Source: Raillietiella orientalis (Eukaryota). Taken from it: a stretch of 64,000 nucleotides of DNA. The position numbers and the translations under genes are program-made. The stretch covers positions 62,001-126,000 of the forward strand of contig JAYWIR010000001.1 of NCBI GenBank assembly GCA_036172245.1, written 5' to 3'. The notes beneath the pieces were generated by a model, which saw nothing but the letters and a program-made list of their open reading frames with translations, did not search any database and was not told the DNA's origin. Below are positions 55,285-64,000 of this stretch, one piece after another. Positions within the stretch are counted from its first letter, which is position 1; every line of letters begins with the position of its first letter.

Positions 55285-55525
55285 GGTTCCATTAAATTCT
55301 GTTGGCAACCCTGCTTGGAATGGACTTGGAGGAGGATGAACACGGAACCCGCTGTGTGCTTGGGGTGGAATGAAAGTCACGTTGTTGGGTTGTTCCTGTG
55401 ACAGGTGTAGGGAAATTCGGTCATTTCAGGACGATTTGTGGGTGGAAGCAGATGCGAAAGGGAAATGATTTCTGCTTTCTTGTATTTCAGATTTTAAAGG
55501 TTTGAAAACTTGTGTTCACTGAAAA

Positions 55526-58500
55526 ATGACTATTTTAAAAAGTTTTCAACGATTACCATGGAAGCAAATTGCGAGGGTGAGATCTGCGACACACATAGAA
55601 GCTCATGTACTTACTTGTAAACTCATACATAAATACTTCCAGTAATGGTAGAAGCGCCCTATATTGGGTCTACACATTGTACACACAATATGCGGTCTTT
55701 ATTTTGAAATCTAGTATTTAGAATAATGCAATTTGAATAATTAGTGTGGATTGCGGATGGACAGATTTGCACAGGATTATTATTTGTTTCTGTAGAACAA
55801 CGAGGCTTTCTCGTTTACTCGCACACTGTCTACCGAGAACACCAATTTGAAAGAAATATTGGCTGGTAAAATTGAAGCTCATGTCAAGGATGTCAAAGAA
55901 TTCAGAGAAAAACATGGATCCACCAAAGTGGGGGAGGTTACAATAGATATGGTATGAAAACTGAAGCATTTGTTTTTTGCCACGAATGATGTCTTCATAT
56001 AGATCTATGGAGGAATGCGAGGAATCAAGGCATTAGTAACAGAAACTTCAGTTCTCGATCCGGAACTAGGAATCGAATTTAGGAACTATACTATCCCTGA
56101 AGTGCAAAGGTTACTTCCTAAAGCATCAGGAGGTATTGAACCTTTACCTGAAGGATTGTTTTGGTTATTATGCACAGGAGATATCCCAACAGAAAAGCAG
56201 GAAAGTATTGTTCTTAACCTCATGTCATTAATTTTAGATTTTCAATTTGGAATTTGTTAATGGATAGATCTCATTTTTAATGAATGTTTCCAATGAAAAT
56301 AGTTGAACTTCAAGGCAAAACATTTGTTCTCCCAGTACTTTTACTGATGCTTGAATGCTTGCATGTGTTGTTACTATCTGTATGTTCATGTCATACTCAA
56401 GTTTATGAAATGTCTGCAGTTGCTTTGATGAAACATTTTAATTTGTATGTGTTCTTTGTTGCTTTTCACTTGTTGTGAAGATTACATATTTCATTCATTA
56501 CTATGAAAATTAGCTTGATTCTTATTTTCTACTGTACTTTTATCTGAGTCAAATCAGCCTATGAATTCAATTTGTTGTTGGTCTTTAAATTTGCATGTAT
56601 AAAAAATCAACCTAACAGTGTCATATAGAGTAATAGACTCCTTAAAACGAGAGTGTGTATTAATCTCCTATGCAATTATCAAATTGCAATGAGTACATAA
56701 AATAACTCAATGTGGTTAGTTCTTTTGATCAAAATTAATATCGGAAAAATTCAGTTAGTTGTGATTTTCGTTTTTGATATCTTTAATAATCCAGTTTAAA
56801 TAATTCATTACAATATTACTATAAGTGAATATTATTATATTTTCAGTGTATATGTATGATACTTGTAGTTCTTGTATTGTATTTCATATTATTTTATTTT
56901 TATTTGGTTATAGAGCTCTTAAACAAGATCTTACACCCATGCTGCAGTTGTGAATCCTGCACACCTATGTTGTAAACTTTATGCCATTATTACTGCAAAT
57001 TTTGTATTTCAAAAGCATTTTACCATCTTACATGAAGTCATGCATGTGTTTGCTGGCAATTAAATCCACCTTGTTAGGGTAAACTACATTCTATTTAAAA
57101 CTATTCTTTGGCAATGTTTCAATGCATGCCAAAGTTTTGGCAAACTGTTGCTCTTTCCCCTCTTCCTCATGAAATTCCAATTAATTTGTTGTCTGGATTT
57201 TTAATTCTTCGGTCATCTTATGATTTAATGAAGCTAGACAGTAAATAAGATTATATTTTTCAGTTTTTCCAGCATAATCTTTAATATCTAGAATTGAAGG
57301 AGCAACAACACTTGTTTAAAGATGCTGATACGTTGCTTCTACTGCTCATTGATAACACTCAATCATTATTTCAAAATCATAAAGTTATATGTATTTACTA
57401 GACATTTTATTACAATTCCTTCATTGAATGTTTTGTATGTACTATATGAAAATGATGAAAGTAATACTTAAGTGAAGTTATTTTATGTGAATATAATGGT
57501 GTAAAGTTGTTATGATTCTCATCTCAGATAGTAAAATATCTGGTATATGATATGCACTTGATATCTATATGCAAAATTCAAAAGACCATGACCAAGTATT
57601 TCAGCTTGGCATTTTTAGCATCTTGTTTCTGTGAGCATGTGTATGTGGTTTGTAATTATTTCATAAAATTTTAAAACTAATAAGTAGTTAAAGCGTATAA
57701 TATTAAAAAAATGAATTTTAATCCAAATTTCTCTAAGGGATATCTTTAATATCTGTGTAATTAATTTTAGTCAATCACCTTTTGCTTTTTGGTACTTTAT
57801 AGAATTTTTTTTCATTGCATTCACAATAATAAGTGTTACACCTTTTAATATTTGGCATGTATTGTCCAAAAATCTTCATGTTATTCTTTAACATATATAT
57901 ATAATTGTGATTTTAAGATGTTGATATGATATCTTTAAGCTAGATTAGCAATGCTGCTGGTAAATATTATTTATCCTTGTGGTTTGTATTTGGAATATAT
58001 GTGATAACCTCCAAATATTAATTAATACGTTCTATGTACAGGTGAGAACTCTTTCCAAAGAATTGGCAAAGAGGGCAGATCTTCCACCCCATGTTGTTGC
58101 TTTAGTAAACACATTTCCTCCACATCTTCATCCTATGGCCCAATTTACTTCAGCTATTGCCAGTCTTTCAACAGAAACTAAATTTGGGAAAGCTTTTACA
58201 GCAGGAGTCCCAAGAAAACAATATTGGGAGGTAAGATAGGAACATGAATATTGTTATTGCTAATTATATAGCTAAAGTTCACTTAGTTTCTGGTATAATG
58301 TGCTGTTTCCCCTTTAATGTAACTTGTTTTCTTAATTACATGATGTTTTAAATTACCATTTTATAAATGAAATTCAGTTTTTTCGAGAAAAGAAAAACAT
58401 GGAATTAATACAAGTATATTTGATGTATTATTGTATTTATTTGATATACAGTGTTTTCCAAGTTGAACTGAGTGCTTCAAAAATGAATGCTTGACCATTT

Positions 58501-60930
58501 TTAATCGAGTTCTTTCAAATGCTGTGCTTATTTTACATATGTTTTGTCTACATACTGTTCTTGAACTGTAATTAAAAAATTCACAGCCTTCCACAGTTTC
58601 ATTACAATATTTCTTTGTTATGGGTCATGGTAATTAATTCATGGATTCTTGAAGTTTTCACATCTGTCCGAACAAGGATTCTAAAGATTGTCAAGAAAAC
58701 AATTTGAATCAGATGGCTATTTTTAGTTGTAGTACAGCACAAAAAAAAAATTGTAGAATAAGATCAGTTTTGCATAATTTTCACATTTCAAGATCTTGAA
58801 AGAACAGAATACAAATACTAAAAATTGAATCAGATGAATAAGAATTTTAGCTTTTAGCTAAGGTTGGGAGCATTTTAGCTGATAGATTGTGAACACTACT
58901 TTCTGATCTCTACTGAGGCTGTAGTTTGTAGCAAAACTTATAATTGTGAGTTTGCATAGCATCTCCACAGCATGCATTGTACGGAAAAAAGAAAAACTGC
59001 TTGCAATATTGAGTGTATGCACAGGTTCCTTTTGATTATTGTTGATATAATGCAACTCTGGTGACAGTATGTGTTCTTTGGTCAACAAGAATGCCTTTTT
59101 ATATTATGCCAAAGTATAATCAGTTTTTGTATGTGCGGTAGAAGTTTTGCTGCCAACTTTCTGAGTGTATAAAGAAGCTCTTTTGCCCTTTTTTATCCAA
59201 GATTGCTTTCAGTTTATTTTATTGCAAAGCCTTTATTGAATTTAAAACCAATGTGTGCTATAACAGACTTTGAATAACCCTTGTTATCATATGTAGTTTT
59301 AAATTCCAAATTTACGATTCGTATTTTCCGATCCTTTTCAGAGTTAGACTTTTGGATGTTTTCCTTTGTTTTCGAATTAAAGAATCAGACCAATTGTGTA
59401 TGCTTGCCATATTCTAATGTCAATTTTATTTTAACAGTCGCTTATTTTTTTGTATCAGCTCCAAACAAACTTTATCATTACTGTTTGCAAAGTTTTTGAA
59501 AGCATTGATCATGGAGATTAAAAAAGCGTTGTTTTATAGTTTGTTTATGAAGATGCACTTGACCTCATAGCAAAAGTGGCTACATTGGCAGCAAGCATTT
59601 TTCGAAATTTGTATCGTGATGGCACTAGCATTGGAGCAGTAGATCTAGATAAAGATTATAGTGCTAATTTTTCTTCAATGCTGGGATTCGATGATCCGCT
59701 GTTCACAGAACTTATGAGATTGTATTTAACACTTCACAGGTAAGAAGCCTATGCATGCATGTAGTTTTCTCATGCAGTCTGACATGATATTAGCAACTTG
59801 ATCTCTTGAATTTCAAGAAAGTTTTCCGAACTTGGAAATTTTTTCTTGAAATTCTGGTGTGTTCGTGGTTATGGCACATTTTACTAAATATAAAGTTAGG
59901 AACTATTTTACGATTTCCATAACTTATAAAAAGTATCTGACATCAGATGTTTTTTGTCTTTCATTAGGTGACAACAAAATTTGGAAGGTAATTTAGAATG
60001 TGCATGTGATTATAGTTTTTCGTAGTTTTCACACCACATTATTCACATTTTCAAGTGCAAGTTGTGCTTGTCTATTTCTAGAATTTTTTTTTTTGTTGGT
60101 TGTCGGAATGTAATTTCTTTAGTGATCACGAAGGAGGTAATGTCAGTGCTCATGCAGTGCATCTGGTATCATCAGCTCTATCCAATCCGTACCTTGCATT
60201 TTCGGCCGGCATGGCTGGACTTGCTGGACCTCTTCATGGACTTGCCAACCAAGAGGCCAGTAACAGCACCAAATTCCTTCATATTTCTTGTTACAGGTTC
60301 TTGTGTGGTTGACAAAATTGCAAAAGGAATTGGGTGACAATGTTACAAAGGAAGCAGTTAAAGATTTCATTTGGAAGACATTGAATTCTGGTCAAGTGGT
60401 TCCAGGATTTGGACATGCAGTGTTGAGAGTCACAGATCCAAGGTACATCAGCTTGAGGGAGTTCGCACTAAAATATTTGCCAGACAACAAACTGGTCAAG
60501 GTATAAAAAATTTGTTGGATTGAAGCTTGATAACCAATTTCAGCTTGCAGCAATAGTGTATGAAGAGACAACACCGATCTTGTTGCAACTTGGGAAAGTG
60601 AAAAACCCATATGCAAATGTTGATGCACATTCTGGAGTTCTTCTTCAGGTGAGTTTTAAGCTGTGTTGGGAATGTTTTCATTTTGTAGGAATTACTTATG
60701 ACATGTAAATGTCCTGCTTGCAGTCATGACACTTGTGGTCTTACAGTGCCATTGTTTTTCAGCATTTTGGCATAGATATGGGGTATTACACTGTCCTGTT
60801 TGGTGTGTCAAGGGCGTTGGGAACTATGGCTTCGTTAATATGGGATAGAGCAATGGAAATGCCTATTGAACGACCAAAATCTCATTCTACTGAAGGCTAC
60901 AAAAAGCTAGTGAAACAGTTAGGAAAGTAA
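55526..60930 (+). CDS. CS: Mitochondrial citrate synthase; exons approx. 55526-55576, 55796-55951, 56003-56200, 58042-58230, 59539-59739, 60123-60255, 60297-60500, 60544-60648, 60763-60930
   Basis: [102 protein letters not shown]. Confidence 0.97.
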
Positions 60931-61144
60931 ACCGAGCTAGCAAATCTCTGCAGAAGATACCAGAAATAAAATATTTAATTGAGAATTTCCTATGGCAATT
61001 ATTTGCAAAAAATTCCGTGCTCTTCAACCTCATCCGGACATTAACTCGACCGTAACAAATGAATGCGAGGCAAATTTGTCAAATTCTTTATATTATAGTT
61101 ATCGCTCAGCTGAAATTCAAATCGCTTTCAATCCGTAACTTCAG

Positions 61145-61564
61145 CTAGTTTGATTTGAATTTCCCAAGCAAGTCACTGTCTCTAAACAGGAAGTATTCTT
61201 TGTCGTCCAGCACAACTTTTGTCCCTCCGTATTCGGGAAGTAAAACTTCATCTCCGACGGTTACCGACGGAGGTGTTACTTCTCCCTTCTGGGAATGATT
61301 TGCGTAAAGAGAGAAGAAAGTGGGAAGCAAGAATACCTCGTTCCGGGAACCATTTCCAATCGCGACGACCGTCGCGTTAAGTACCTTTTGCTGGGCTTTT
61401 TCAGGAATCATAATTCCCCCTTTCGTTTTCGTCTCCGCGATCGCCTTCTCAACCAGGACTCGGTCGAACAGGGGGACAAACCTCCGAAGGGCGGCAGAAG
61501 CCTGCAAAGATCACCATCACTCTTTCCTGCACTTTTTTCTTTCTTGCCATCCCATACACACCAT
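61145..61564 (-). CDS. HSPE1: 10 kDa mitochondrial chaperonin; exons 61564-61562 (ATG), 61501-61337, 61288-61145
   Basis: M|ASAALRRFVPLFDRVLVEK..TKGGIMIPEKAQ..|KGEVTPPSVTVGDEVLLPEYGGTKV..LFRDSDLLGK. Confidence 0.96.
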
Positions 61565-62063
61565 AGTGCGCAGCGCTCACTCCACCTCCGCAACCGGAAA
61601 CGACACAGGGCTCACTGCTAGGCAACGGGCTGCACGGCGGCGGTTTATACGTGCGCAACCAAGCGGCAAGCAAGAGTGCCCCATTGGCAAAGCAACAGGG
61701 GATTGCCCTGGCCGAATTCGCCCGGGGGGTCGCCACCGAGCCCGGTCCAGCCGGGAGGGCGAATTACCGGCCGGTTCCGTTCGGGTGGATTCGCAACCTC
61801 CCAGCAGCCTGCTGGGAGGTTGCGGAAATTTCTAGAAATCTATAAATCGGAAATTTCTAGAAAGGTCTGGTAGACCAAGATCGCGCGAGCACATGGCCTC
61901 CGCCGGAAGCTGCGTGTGCGTTTCGGGAAGCGGCAGTCGCAGTTTTCGCCGAGGTACCTGCGGAGCGGGTCGCATTATCCGTGTCGCGTGGAAACAGCGC
62001 GCATCGCTGCTTCGTGTGTTCCCCGTGTGTCGTCGTCGTCGTCCAGCAGGAACGTCCGCCAAG
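61565..62063. promoter_or_regulatory. Bidirectional HSP10/HSP60 promoter
   Basis: 499 nt of GC/CpG-rich DNA between divergent ATGs; contains two HSEs, TATAAA at 61841-61846 and a 16-bp palindrome. Confidence 0.9.
61824..61863. promoter_or_regulatory. Two three-unit heat-shock elements (61824-61838, 61849-61863)
   Basis: gGAAatTTCtaGAAa occurs twice, matching nGAAnnTTCnnGAAn. Confidence 0.85.

Positions 62064-64000
<1,937 letters not shown>

Noticed and set aside
57440-57540. C-box-like ATGATGA in a CS intron (snoRNA?)
   Set aside because: No properly placed CTGA D box or terminal stem.

Overview
AT-rich animal (probably arthropod-type) nuclear DNA with compact genes and mostly ~37-60 nt introns; the species cannot be identified from the sequence. 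Gene order: NELF-E (5' part, -), PTPN23/HD-PTP (-), a decayed L1/Tx1-like LINE (-), three tandem alpha-tubulins (+; the middle one is a 5'/3' mosaic of its neighbours), an orphan single-pass membrane ORF (+), a PLD6/zucchini-like gene with an unresolved 3' end (+), a very tight METTL4(+)-ACAA2(+)-CPSF3(-) block, a 5'-truncated NeSL/Utopia-like non-LTR element (+), citrate synthase (+), and head-to-head HSP10(-)/HSP60(+, runs off the window). The most unusual observations are: the ACAA2 and CPSF3 stop codons overlap in one TTAA; ACAA2 starts 83 nt after the METTL4 stop, behind an unpaired 3' splice site and with no AATAAA; there is a probable GA-AG intron in citrate synthase plus four GC-AG introns; and a perfect 16-bp palindrome lies at the centre of the HSP10/HSP60 promoter. 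Exon boundaries were traced by hand against remembered orthologue sequences and need RNA-seq confirmation.
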